DNA of 37,616 bases from Candidatus Thorarchaeota archaeon (lineage in GTDB: Archaea; Asgardarchaeota; Thorarchaeia; Thorarchaeales; Thorarchaeaceae): positions 1 through 37,616 of the forward strand of contig JAEOTX010000106.1 in the NCBI GenBank assembly GCA_016839605.1, written 5' to 3'. Of the stretch, positions 17,625 through 27,317 are shown one piece after another. Every line of letters starts with the position of its first letter. Position 1 is the first letter of the stretch. Position numbers and translations under genes: made by a program. The notes below the pieces were generated by a model, which was not told where the DNA came from, did not search any database, and saw nothing but the letters and a program-made list of their open reading frames with translations.

Positions 17625-18677
17625 TCAAGAGTCTGTTGGCTCCAACAAGCTGACCAAGTTGAGTGAATAGATAATTGCAGAGGTTCCATTAATGGGAACA
17701 TAGCCCACATCAGAGATGAAAGTCTGTCCTCGAGTGAGAACCCAATTCAGGTAGACTAATGCATACCATGCGACGTTTCCTTCATGAACGAGATAGTAGA
17801 GAAGCCTTGCTATTGGATAAGAGCCCTCGAGATCGGAGTTCATTAGATTGGCTCCAGGATCCGACAAAACTGAAGGAAGAGCTTTCAAGGCATTCCCGAG
17901 TGAGGGTTTGATATATTCATCGATTGAAGGATTATACAAATCCGCAGAAATCAATCCCGACATGAATGCCAGTCCAACATAGCCAATTCCCTGTGCATCA
18001 TTAAGAACTCCTGCTGCAACTCCGGGGTTGCCATCAACCGAACTTATCTCAGGAGCCCAGGACAGAGTTTCACTATGTCCCAACGCCCACGTATAGTTCG
18101 CGTGAGGATTCGCAGTTTCATCCGAAGTTTCTAGCCATCGTGCAAAAGTGGCTGTCGTTCCGCTCGCATCTGATCTAACATATACATTGATGGAACCACT
18201 CTGTGCGATGGCCACACCAAAAGTGGATTCCAGCTCCTCCCAAGTTGAGATGTTCCTCTGAAAAATAGCTACGGCCATATCACAATCAAGATTCAATGTT
18301 GAACCGTTGACATCAGGATTAGCCACAATACCTAATGCATCAGCAGAGACTGGAATTACCTTGACTGCGGGATTAGCAAGTACATAGTCATTATCGGGGA
18401 ATGAACTTGTGGCTCCGATATCAATAAGCTGTTGGGCAACCTGTGACTGACCGAGACCCGAACCTCCTGTGCTTGGATTCACAACAAATGCGGGGTAATC
18501 AAATTGAAAGCGTGTGGCCCATTCTTGAGAAAGAGTGAATACAGTTGTTGAACCGGCTGTAGTTATTGTGTAAGGCCCTCCACCATATTCACTGGGTGGA
18601 GTCAGGATGACAACGAATCCGAGAGTAATAAGCATCCCAAGAATAAACACCATGAGTTGTCTTTTGATGCTGGCCAT
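17625..18677 (-). CDS. pstS: Phosphate-binding protein with N-terminal hydrophobic anchor/signal
   Basis: AGSTTV, GGSGLG, RSDASGTT and YPIARLLY motifs. Confidence 0.9.
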   Translation of the reverse strand: MASIKRQLMVFILGMLITLGFVVILTPPSEYGGGPYTITTAGSTTVFTLSQEWATRFQFDYPAFVVNPSTGGSGLGQSQVAQQLIDIGATSSFPDNDYVLANPAVKVIPVSADALGIVANPDVNGSTLNLDCDMAVAIFQRNISTWEELESTFGVAIAQSGSINVYVRSDASGTTATFARWLETSDETANPHANYTWALGHSETLSWAPEISSVDGNPGVAAGVLNDAQGIGYVGLAFMSGLISADLYNPSIDEYIKPSLGNALKALPSVLSDPGANLMNSDLEGSYPIARLLYYLVHEGNVAWYALVYLNWVLTRGQTFISDVGYVPINGTSAIIYSLNLVSLLEPTDS

Positions 18678-18729
18678 TCTTTTGCATCTCCTTCGCTATT
18701 TGCCTACCCGCTAAACCCATAGTTAAGCA

Positions 18730-18814
18730 ATGTGCATTTGCACATCAGTGCTTCTGTAGTGGGAATCAAATATGGATATTCGAAAGCGATTTGATGATTT
18801 CGAATCTTTATATA
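18730..18814. promoter_or_regulatory. Divergent pstS / Na-Pi transporter control region with palindromes and TATA
   Basis: ATGTGCA-TT-TGCACAT (18730-18745); ATTCGAAA-N12-TTTCGAAT (18778-18805); TTTATATA (18807-18814). Confidence 0.5.
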
Positions 18815-18835
18815 CGGGTTACCTACGTTGTGCCT

Positions 18836-20443
18836 ATGCAAGTGGTGGAGATTACCTTCAACATTGTTGGTGGCCTTGCACTCTTTATGTTCGCTATTAC
18901 TATGTTGAGAGAAACCTTGGGGAAGATGTCTGGCGCCAGGGTTGTTAGGATTCTGGAGAGAGTGAGTAGCAATCCGATAAAGGGCATGGCTGCGGGCACC
19001 GCCACCACTTTCATGACTCAGAGCTCGAGCATCACAGTATTGACTCTGATTGGTTTTGTAAATGCTGGGATGATGACCTTCAGGCAATCGGTCAATGTCA
19101 TGCTTGGTTCAGAGATTGGCACAACAGTTACAGCGCAACTTGTTTCATTTGATATCGGCGTCGCATTCTGGCCTCTTGTAGCCATTGGTTTTTTCATGGG
19201 CTTCTTCTCAAAGAATGAGAGAATCAAGCTCCTTGGAAGGGTAATCTTCAGTCTAGGCTTGCTGTTTCTAGCCATGGATTTCATGAAAAAGGGAGCAGCT
19301 CCACTTACAACTGATTACCCCTTCTTCAGAGACCTCATTAATGACTACGGGGCAATTCCAATATTCGGCATCCTGATTGGTGCGTTCATAGCTGGCGTCA
19401 CTCAGAGCAGTTCGGCAACAACAAGCCTGGTGATCGCCATGGGTGCTGCGGGTGTCATAGATCTGGGGCCAGGAATCGCACTTGTTATGGGTGCCAACAT
19501 CGGTACTTGCTTTCTTGAGCTATTCGCTGCTATTGGTGCCACTACTCCAGCAAAGAGGACCGCTATTGCTCAGACACTCATCAACATCATTGGTGTAACA
19601 ATATTCCTCCCGTTTCTTGCGCCCTTCACAGCTTTGTCACAGACTACTGCCGTTGAGCTACCTAGGCAGTTGGCTAATGCTCACACGATTTTCAACTTGA
19701 TTGTAAGTTTCATGTTTGTACCACTTGTGGGTCCCCTCGTTAGGCTATGTGAGCGCCTCATTCCCGACAAGGAGGGCGAGGTGATTGGTCGCTACCATTT
19801 TGACGAACAGATGCTAAATCTGCCGCAGGCTGCCCTTATCGAGGCTGAGAGAGAGATTGTACGCACCGCAGAGATTACTATGCAGATGATACAAAGCAGT
19901 AGAATTTCACTGCTTGAGCACGAGAAGAAAGAGGGAGAAAAAGTCATACAGCTAGAGGATGAAGTCGATGACCGATGTAGAACTACAGAGGAGTTCATTG
20001 ACAAGATACGCGAAGAAGAGCTTGGAGAGTTTGACATCATTTGGCGAATGAAACTGCTTGCAGTCTTGACTGATGTAGAACGTGTTGGAGACCTCTCTCA
20101 GAACATAGCTGAGTTTGCTCTGCACCGCATGAAGAATGGTGTCTTCTTTTCCGAAGCGGCAGTTAATGATCTTCTAAAGATGTTTGAGATGGTTGAGGAG
20201 ACGTATTCCACATCTATTGAAGCTTTGAGAACACGAAACAAGGAGTTAGCCCGAGTAGCAGTGGAACTAGAAGATGAAGTCGATGTGTTTGAACGCAAGA
20301 TAAGAGAATCTCATGAGCAGCGGCTTCGAGATGGAATCTGCCTAGCTGAAGCAGATACGGTCTTTGTGGAAACTCTCAGGAACCTTGAGAGAATCAGTGA
20401 TCATGCAGACAATATAGCTTTAGATGTGATAATGGAACACTGA
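18836..20443 (+). CDS. Na+/phosphate cotransporter (NptA/YjbB family) with C-terminal PhoU domains
   Basis: Duplicated QSSS repeats, GANIGT, ANAHTIFN, ERVGD and ERISDHADNIA motifs; ATG at 18836 lies ~22 nt after the TATA. Confidence 0.92.
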   Translation: MQVVEITFNIVGGLALFMFAITMLRETLGKMSGARVVRILERVSSNPIKGMAAGTATTFMTQSSSITVLTLIGFVNAGMMTFRQSVNVMLGSEIGTTVTAQLVSFDIGVAFWPLVAIGFFMGFFSKNERIKLLGRVIFSLGLLFLAMDFMKKGAAPLTTDYPFFRDLINDYGAIPIFGILIGAFIAGVTQSSSATTSLVIAMGAAGVIDLGPGIALVMGANIGTCFLELFAAIGATTPAKRTAIAQTLINIIGVTIFLPFLAPFTALSQTTAVELPRQLANAHTIFNLIVSFMFVPLVGPLVRLCERLIPDKEGEVIGRYHFDEQMLNLPQAALIEAEREIVRTAEITMQMIQSSRISLLEHEKKEGEKVIQLEDEVDDRCRTTEEFIDKIREEELGEFDIIWRMKLLAVLTDVERVGDLSQNIAEFALHRMKNGVFFSEAAVNDLLKMFEMVEETYSTSIEALRTRNKELARVAVELEDEVDVFERKIRESHEQRLRDGICLAEADTVFVETLRNLERISDHADNIALDVIMEH

Positions 20444-20509
20444 GCGTTCCGAAGCGATTCTGCGTATGTTGGATTTCCAAAATACTCATGTCCATTTCTA
20501 TACATTTAT

Positions 20510-20554
20510 TATGAATATTGATTCATATTACTTGAGGATGACTTCACGTCATCC
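20510..20554. promoter_or_regulatory. Two adjacent inverted repeats upstream of the OsmC gene
   Basis: TATGAAT-ATTG-ATTCATA (20510-20527) and GGATGAC-TTCAC-GTCATCC (20536-20554). Confidence 0.5.
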
Positions 20555-20569
20555 AAACTCATGTAAGAG

Positions 20570-21025
20570 ATGAAAACCTTGAGTAACTCAACTTTCACTG
20601 CACACCTCACAGCTACTGATGTAGCTAAGATCCATACCATAACTCTTGGCGGCTATCAAACAGCTGCCGTTTGCCCTCCCCCTATGGCAAAGGAGAATCC
20701 GGGGACAACTAGTCCTCATCAATTATTCCTTGCATCGGTTGCCGCATGTGTCAATCTTGTTTTTGAGATAGCTCTCGAAAAAGCGAGAATCTCTCTTATC
20801 GACCTCCATTCAGATATATCTGGAGATTATGAGACCGATGAGAAATCTGGACAGAGCCGATTCACAACGATTCAAATCGACACAAAGGTGACTGTACCAA
20901 AAGGGGTCAATGATAGAAAGCTTGAGAGACTATTTGATGTTGCTCACGATAACTGCCCGATTGGAAATTGCTTGATAGGGTCATGTGTCAAACTTGTTAC
21001 AAATCTAACAATCGCTCATCGATGA
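20570..21025 (+). CDS. OsmC/Ohr family protein
   Basis: SPHQLFLASVAAC and AHDNCPI two-cysteine pattern. Confidence 0.85.
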   Translation: MKTLSNSTFTAHLTATDVAKIHTITLGGYQTAAVCPPPMAKENPGTTSPHQLFLASVAACVNLVFEIALEKARISLIDLHSDISGDYETDEKSGQSRFTTIQIDTKVTVPKGVNDRKLERLFDVAHDNCPIGNCLIGSCVKLVTNLTIAHR

Positions 21026-21168
21026 GTTGCAGCTTCTGATTTTGGAATTCATATTGATACTTTGAGTGGAGCTGGGCAGAGCTCCACTGCCGATTATTTT
21101 TCATTAGCAAGAGTTTATGATGACATCCTGCAGAGCTTGCATAGTTATCCCAAGCGGGAGACTGACGC

Positions 21169-22002
21169 ATGGCCGGAAAGAAGCTCAATGATTTAGATGG
21201 GAAGGAATGGGTCAAGAGCACTAAATCCTGGTTCGTGGTCAATCCACGTGCAAGAACCAAAAACCAAATGACGCATCCCGCAAAGTTTCCTGAGGAGCTA
21301 GTCACTCGTTTTGTGGAGTATTTCACCAAAGCAGGCGGGTGGGTCATTGACCCTTTTGCTGGCGTAGCTAGTACTATAGTGGCATGCAAGACATTGAATC
21401 GCAGCTCGGTTGGAGTTGAGCTCAATCCTGAGTTTATCGACATAGGGCAAACAGAATTGAATGAAGCAACTGGATCAGGTTCTCACCACATCTTAGCGGG
21501 TGACTCATTAGATATCGCCGCTGTCTTGGAAACGCAGTTTGGAGAGGATGTTCCCAAGTTTGATTACTTGATCACTTCGCCACCATACTATAACATGCTC
21601 AGGAAATCCAGAGGTGGAAATGAAACCGTTCACAAAGAGAGAGGAGAGAAAGGTCTCAAGCAGTACTATAGCGGGTCATCATCAGACCTGGGAAACATAG
21701 AGTACTATGAAGAATATCTAGAGTGTGTTGGTCTAGTTCTCGATGCAGTCTTCCCTTACATGACTAATGGTGCTTATCTGACAATAGTAGTTCAAAACAT
21801 GAGAGATGAAGGAAACATCTTTCGACCTATCGCCTGGGACTTAGCGAGTCGCTTCTCTGAGACCTATGAATTGCGTCAGGAACAGGTCTGGTGTCAGGAC
21901 AACAAAAGATTAGGGTGCTGGGGTTTTCCTTCGACCTATGTTTCGAATGTACACCATCATTACTGCTTGATTCTCCAGAAACAGGTCAAGAGCGACGACT
22001 GA
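21169..22002 (+). CDS. Orphan amino-methyltransferase (N4-C/N6-A DNA methylase family, SPPY)
   Basis: HPAKFP, motif I DPFAGVAS preceding motif IV TSPPY; no restriction endonuclease adjacent. Confidence 0.85.
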   Translation: MAGKKLNDLDGKEWVKSTKSWFVVNPRARTKNQMTHPAKFPEELVTRFVEYFTKAGGWVIDPFAGVASTIVACKTLNRSSVGVELNPEFIDIGQTELNEATGSGSHHILAGDSLDIAAVLETQFGEDVPKFDYLITSPPYYNMLRKSRGGNETVHKERGEKGLKQYYSGSSSDLGNIEYYEEYLECVGLVLDAVFPYMTNGAYLTIVVQNMRDEGNIFRPIAWDLASRFSETYELRQEQVWCQDNKRLGCWGFPSTYVSNVHHHYCLILQKQVKSDD

Positions 22003-22072
22003 CGACTACCGAACAGGGAAGAATACCAGTTCTTGCAATAGGGTTCGAGAGCTAATGGTGCCAATCTGAGTC

Positions 22073-23701
22073 TTACCAATGAAAGTCGAATTCATCGCTA
22101 GCAAACATCTCAATCGTTTCATAGGCAGAGCAAGCTTCAATCAGACCTTGCTCAGAATCATATGGAGAGGTGGCAGTAGCAACAGCCATCACTCCAATGG
22201 TATACTCACTTGGGAGGGCTGATTCGAGTGAGTTCATGTCTTCTCCTTCTGGAGCCCATTCAAGATTTATGAAGACGTATAATTTGCCGCCTGCAGGAAG
22301 CCATGGAACAGAGAGTTTGTTGTCCCCGAAAGTAGTCTCCATTTCATCCATGAAGTTGTACATCCTTGGCCAACCATCTGAACTGCACCAGTCTAGGAAT
22401 AGAAATACAGGTCTGGGCCAGCGTCCTGATTCCTTAAACCAGACGAAAAGCTGTCTTATTCTGAAGTCCTCCGGTATATCAAGGTCCATTTCCAGTTCAC
22501 ATATTTCTATGGGCAAGTTGTTCTCCAACAGAAAATTGAACCTGATCCTGTCTGAGAAGAATCGAGATTTGGAGATCGATGATTTTAGACTTACGCTAGT
22601 CAATACGACCTGAATACTCTGCATTTCCTCAGTATTCCCAATCTCATCAGCGCTATAGAATGAAATATTCCGAACTCCATCTTGACCTGAAAGGTAGAAT
22701 GGCTCACAGAATTCTAACCAAGATTCTTCATTGATTCTGTACATGGTTGTGATATCCGATGCCAATTCACCTGAAGATATGAGGGTGAACTCTGTCATAG
22801 AGGTGACATATATTGTCCCGTTCACATCCAAATAATGCGTCCCTATTTCTAGTGTAGTCATTGGCGATGCTATTTCTAGTGTATTCATTGGTGACGATTC
22901 AGGTTCTATGACCTCAACCGAGAAATTCCACACAGCACTCCAATCACAGGGATTTCCAGTGTAGTCGAAAGCCTGACACTTCCAGAAGTATGTGCCCGTT
23001 TCAAGAGATGTCAAAGTCAAGTTCATCTTGGGAGCAAATACAGTTTCTTCATGGGTAAGATTCTCAGGAGCGAGAATACTGGAATTAAAGACCTGTACAA
23101 CTGTGTACTGTGTTCCACTGATGTCTGAAGGCACTTCCCATTGGAGAGTAACGGGTCCCTGAGTGAAGGTTTCGCCGTTCAAAGGTGTAATCAATGAAGG
23201 TTGCCCATCATATAATGTGTCTATCTGAAATGTCCAGAGCGCACTGAAATCCCCAAGTTCATCGTCCTCATCATCCCCATCTTCATCGAGTGTCCTCACT
23301 GCCCAGGAATAGTCACCATCAGTTTCACCTGGAATGCCTGATGCGGAGTTTAGCCAGAGCTGAAACGATGTTCCAGTCACTCGGATATATATCGGCACAG
23401 TCCGGGTGGGTGTCATGAGCATCAATTCGTACCCCTGTGCATCATCAACAGCGTTCCAATCAAACAAAACTGGTTCTGTATCAATCGTACTCTGACCAAA
23501 GATCTCTCCGTCAACTGGTGAAATCAACTGTGGTGCTGGAAGGTCCGCTAGAGTCAGTGGTATGGATGACTTTGTTGGGACTAGCGCACTTGATTCATTT
23601 TCTCTAAATTCGGCTGCATGTCCTGTCGAAATAGCGGTGCTTAGTACTAAGAGAAACGCACATGAGACTATCAGGCATATCAACCGGTTTCGGTTATGCA
23701 G
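22073..23701 (-). CDS. Secreted/surface protein with two FN3/Ig-like modules and further beta-rich domains (probable CTG start at 23701)
   Basis: Signal peptide; repeated P-x-LIxPx(D/N)GE...W...Y-x-W...WxF modules; FYSADEIGNTEE motif. Confidence 0.75.
   Translation of the reverse strand: MHNRNRLICLIVSCAFLLVLSTAISTGHAAEFRENESSALVPTKSSIPLTLADLPAPQLISPVDGEIFGQSTIDTEPVLFDWNAVDDAQGYELMLMTPTRTVPIYIRVTGTSFQLWLNSASGIPGETDGDYSWAVRTLDEDGDDEDDELGDFSALWTFQIDTLYDGQPSLITPLNGETFTQGPVTLQWEVPSDISGTQYTVVQVFNSSILAPENLTHEETVFAPKMNLTLTSLETGTYFWKCQAFDYTGNPCDWSAVWNFSVEVIEPESSPMNTLEIASPMTTLEIGTHYLDVNGTIYVTSMTEFTLISSGELASDITTMYRINEESWLEFCEPFYLSGQDGVRNISFYSADEIGNTEEMQSIQVVLTSVSLKSSISKSRFFSDRIRFNFLLENNLPIEICELEMDLDIPEDFRIRQLFVWFKESGRWPRPVFLFLDWCSSDGWPRMYNFMDEMETTFGDNKLSVPWLPAGGKLYVFINLEWAPEGEDMNSLESALPSEYTIGVMAVATATSPYDSEQGLIEACSAYETIEMFASDEFDFHW
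22843..22896. repeat. 27-nt tandem duplication within the surface protein (SPMNTLEIA/SPMTTLEIG)
   Basis: CTATTTCTAGTGTAGTCATTGGCGATG vs CTATTTCTAGTGTATTCATTGGTGACG, 24/27 identical. Confidence 0.8.
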
Positions 23702-23890
23702 TAAATTCCTCTCCTATCCACGAAGTCTAATAGTCAGTCACACACACCTGATATCAAACTCAACAGCCAATTGCATGTAAAAACCCGTTTTAAAGCTTAT
23801 AACAAAAATAATCGTCTTATCATTTTGCGCATTTTGAAACGAAAATTCGATTCGGATGGTTCATAAAGACCACTTTGATGCGATGAAGTC

Positions 23891-24763
23891 ATGTCTGGAG
23901 AACTCAGAGATCTCGTTTTGTCAGATCATCCCGCGGTCAAGGAACTTTGCATTGGTGTATGGGGCGGCAAAGATTATATCCCTCATAGATTCCCGAAATG
24001 GTTTGGTGATGATCTCAACCATCCCTTTGGCGTCTTTCAAGGTGATGCTCTTCAGGCTATCGGCAATCTCGAAATCAAGCCCAGCAACAAGACTGGATGG
24101 GTCAAGGGACTACGAGTACGTGAAACGCAGAGAAGGAAAGGATATGCTTCCAGAGTCATCGATCATATGATTCTGAGAGCTAAGAAGATTGGGCTGGAGA
24201 CTCTACGATATGCCACCAGTTCTAAGAATGTCGCATCAATGAAAGTGGCAGAGAATCTCGGTTTTACACTTGTGAGCGATGTCCGCTACTTCAGACTTGA
24301 GCCACCCTTTCCCCCACACCCCCAACCAAGCCCTACTATTCACCCTCTTCGAATTGATGCTGAGCGCTTGCATGGAATACTAGAAACCAACGACATCATC
24401 CCAGGTGATAACTTCGCCATAAGATGGGAATTCCATAAGAAAGATATCGTGAGCGTCAAGGCAATCCTAGAACGAGAAGAAGCCCAAGTGGTTTTTGGGG
24501 ATACTGGCAATGCGGAATCCCTCACCTTCTTCTCAAGTTTCGATAGAGATGGTCAAAAGATAACTGTGTTCTCGATTTTCTCAACAAATCGAAGCGTGTT
24601 CGTTGATATATTCTCTAGAGCTTTGGATTATCTTGAAACTGAGAAGACCGAGCGGGCTGCATTCTTTCTTGGACCTAGAGTTGAGCAATGGGTGGATTAC
24701 ATCATTGATATCCCCAAGGAATTCGTTGGACGACGATTTCTACTGTATGAGAAAGAGCTTTAG
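23891..24763 (+). CDS. GNAT family N-acetyltransferase
   Basis: LRVRETQRRKGYAS acetyl-CoA motif; NVASMKVAENLGF. Confidence 0.88.
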   Translation: MSGELRDLVLSDHPAVKELCIGVWGGKDYIPHRFPKWFGDDLNHPFGVFQGDALQAIGNLEIKPSNKTGWVKGLRVRETQRRKGYASRVIDHMILRAKKIGLETLRYATSSKNVASMKVAENLGFTLVSDVRYFRLEPPFPPHPQPSPTIHPLRIDAERLHGILETNDIIPGDNFAIRWEFHKKDIVSVKAILEREEAQVVFGDTGNAESLTFFSSFDRDGQKITVFSIFSTNRSVFVDIFSRALDYLETEKTERAAFFLGPRVEQWVDYIIDIPKEFVGRRFLLYEKEL

Positions 24764-24816
24764 AAAAACCAGGGAAAGGCTGATAGATCAGCCTATTCCT
24801 CGATAATTCCTTGTAT

Positions 24817-25176
24817 CTAGGTGAAATGCTGACTGGTGGTCGGAAGTATATAATAGACTATAGTGATGGCGGTTAGCCCCACCCCTGCCCAGTTCTCACC
24901 ATATGCATACAAAAGAGCTCCAGCAATGAGGAAGACTACAGCTAGCGTCCAAGACATCCGGTCCTGCTTTAAAACCTGGAAATACAAGAATATCGCAATC
25001 ACACCGAGAATGAGACCTGCGCCAGAAGCAACGTCCTCCCAATAGGCAAATCCCAGTCCCCCGACAATGATTCCTGCAATCGCATTGAGGATCATTAGAT
25101 AGCCTGCCATAGTGACCTCTTTGGGCCTTGCACCTCTCTGAGCGTCACTATCGTCAGCCATTGGAATTTCGGTCAT
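24817..25176 (-). CDS. Small 4-TM membrane protein
   Basis: RP motif followed by four hydrophobic segments. Confidence 0.7.
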   Translation of the reverse strand: MTEIPMADDSDAQRGARPKEVTMAGYLMILNAIAGIIVGGLGFAYWEDVASGAGLILGVIAIFLYFQVLKQDRMSWTLAVVFLIAGALLYAYGENWAGVGLTAITIVYYILPTTSQHFT

Positions 25177-25230
25177 ATCGCAAAATAGTGTTTCCGTGAC
25201 TGATTATTCTTTCGACTCCTCAAAACTAAG

Positions 25231-25704
25231 CTAGTCTTGTTCTTCCTCATACTCCTCAAGCACAGACCAATGTGGCGCATATGTGATTGGCTCGAGGTCT
25301 CTCTGCTGTAGTTCAAGCTCCTCGATTTCGGCAACTCTCTTTCGGAGAGTGTACGACTTGGCACCCTCCCACCAGAGATAGGCGCTAAGGTCTCTTGAGA
25401 ACTCGCCCTGATATCTCTCACAAGGCCCCTCACAGAACACCTTTTCCTCCCTTATCTCAAGTTCACCCCCACACCACTTGCAGACTGCTTCTCGCCCGTG
25501 AGTATGAATTCGTCCTTCAACTATGCGTACAAAGAGAACAGTTCCATCGAAGTTGCAGACACCCCACTCTTTTCTCTTGGAGATGGTCTTCTCCCACAGT
25601 TCTCCTGTGGGGAGGCGTAGATTGTCTGACAAGTCCTGTTTCTTCTTCTTGTCCTTGGTGGACTCATCAAAGTCGGTCAGTCTCGTCTGCACAGTACGCC
25701 TCAT
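25231..25704 (-). CDS. Zinc-finger protein with N-terminal PIP-box-like motif
   Basis: QTRLTDF at residues 6-12; CKWC...CEGPC; acidic C-terminus. Confidence 0.65.
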   Translation of the reverse strand: MRRTVQTRLTDFDESTKDKKKKQDLSDNLRLPTGELWEKTISKRKEWGVCNFDGTVLFVRIVEGRIHTHGREAVCKWCGGELEIREEKVFCEGPCERYQGEFSRDLSAYLWWEGAKSYTLRKRVAEIEELELQQRDLEPITYAPHWSVLEEYEEEQD

Positions 25705-25748
25705 AACTCATTGTGCCGATGGCATGTTGATAAGCACGTATCTTGCGA

Positions 25749-26714
25749 TTACCCTGAGAGCTCATCAACTAGGCCCATCATCCATTCATCAAACGGCTTG
25801 GGCTTGGACCAAGTTTCTTCAAAAGGAGTCAAGACCAGCTTTCCCCCAATCTCTCCGACCAATCCTCCATCTCTTCCCCCAAGGAGACATTCTACCGCAA
25901 ATGCTCCCAGTCTGGTGCCTAGAATCCTGTCAAAGTGAGATGGAGATCCACCTCGTTGGATGTAGCCTAGCACAGAAACTCTACACTTCTCTCCCAATCG
26001 GTCCGAAAGTTCCTTCCCTATAACACTGGCATCACCAAGCTCATCACCCTCTGCAACAACGATCAAAACGCTCGATTTCGCCTTTTCCCGAGCCTCGATC
26101 ACTCTCTGAGCAAGTTCATCAATCTTTGTCGGCGTTTCTGGAATCAGTATTGCTGACGCACCAGTGGCAATTCCGACATGGACTGCAATGAATCCAGAGT
26201 GGCGTCCCATAACTTCCACGAGAAAAATACGCTGAAATGCTTGAGCTGTGTCTCTAATCTTATCGAGTGCTTCCAGAGCATTGTTCACAGCGGTGTCAAA
26301 TCCGATTGTATAATCAGTTCCATAGAGATCATTGTCAATAGTACCGGGTAGCCCGATCAGTTTGCCTTTCCAGTGCTTGCTCAGTGCAGCAAGTCCACGC
26401 ATCGTGCCATCACCACCAATTGCCAGCAGCGCGTCTATCTTCCGTTCATCGAGTATCTTTGCAGCTTTAATCTGACCCTCATCTGTCCGGAACTCTTCCG
26501 ACCTTCCAGTTGTCAAAAAGGTTCCACCCCGGTGAAGTATCCTAGAAACAGAACGAGAATTCAATTCGTGCATCTGTTCGTCAAGGATTCCCTGAAAACC
26601 GCCGAATATACCATAGATTTGGCAGTTCCGTCTTATTCCAACTCTGGTGATAGCTCGAATTGCGGCATTCATGCCAGGCGAATCGCCGCCACTCGTCAGG
26701 ACTGCAACTCTCAT
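25749..26714 (-). CDS. pfkA: ATP-dependent 6-phosphofructokinase (PfkA family)
   Basis: LTSGGDSPGMNA, IGGDGT, PGTIDND, EVMGR and LGYIQRGG motifs; Gly in GGDG and PGTIDND indicates ATP type; start ATG at 26714. Confidence 0.93.
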   Translation of the reverse strand: MRVAVLTSGGDSPGMNAAIRAITRVGIRRNCQIYGIFGGFQGILDEQMHELNSRSVSRILHRGGTFLTTGRSEEFRTDEGQIKAAKILDERKIDALLAIGGDGTMRGLAALSKHWKGKLIGLPGTIDNDLYGTDYTIGFDTAVNNALEALDKIRDTAQAFQRIFLVEVMGRHSGFIAVHVGIATGASAILIPETPTKIDELAQRVIEAREKAKSSVLIVVAEGDELGDASVIGKELSDRLGEKCRVSVLGYIQRGGSPSHFDRILGTRLGAFAVECLLGGRDGGLVGEIGGKLVLTPFEETWSKPKPFDEWMMGLVDELSG

Positions 26715-26773
26715 ACGGGAACGGAGTGCATTCTGAAATAAAAACAGTTGTGCGTCAATATCGAAATGACTTC

Positions 26774-27259
26774 TCAATGTCCCGCTTTTTCTCTGAAGAA
26801 CATCAGATAATCTGTTCCTGGTACATCCTTTCCAAGCAGCCTTAAAGCTAAAGCAAGTTGCCCCCGATGATGAGTTGTGTGAAGGACATATTGCATGAAG
26901 AAGTCCATCGCCTCAATCTCAAACGGCACATCGGATATATGTGGGACTTCAATGGTACCCTGTGGTATCTCTCTCACAACATCAGCTAGTCGAGAGTCAT
27001 ATTCATTCCATTTGGTCATCATCTCAAGTTTCGATGCCTGAGAGATCCATTTGTAGACACTTTCATCCCGCTTATCGTCAGCTAAGTTGAAGCAAGTGAC
27101 TAGTGCCATGAGTATGTGCTCACATATCGACCGAACGCTATGACTTCCAAGTACTTTCTTGGTGAACTCTTTGTCCTTAAGACGTTCAACAACTGCTCGC
27201 ATTCTATTTCCGGACCACATGTGGTATTCTGCGAGGTACTTGAAGGTCAGGCCAATCAC
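26774..27259 (-). CDS. DinB/YfiT four-helix family protein
   Basis: YHMWSG, SVRSICEHI and HTTHHRGQL motifs. Confidence 0.88.
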   Translation of the reverse strand: MIGLTFKYLAEYHMWSGNRMRAVVERLKDKEFTKKVLGSHSVRSICEHILMALVTCFNLADDKRDESVYKWISQASKLEMMTKWNEYDSRLADVVREIPQGTIEVPHISDVPFEIEAMDFFMQYVLHTTHHRGQLALALRLLGKDVPGTDYLMFFREKAGH

Positions 27260-27317
27260 TCCAGAAGGGGTTGCCTATATCATACGCACATCGGGTTTAT
27301 CTTTCCTTTGCATTAAC

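Noticed and set aside
18704-19087. 127-aa minus-strand ORF upstream of pstS
   Set aside because: Antisense to the Na+/Pi transporter and crosses the promoter region; no motifs
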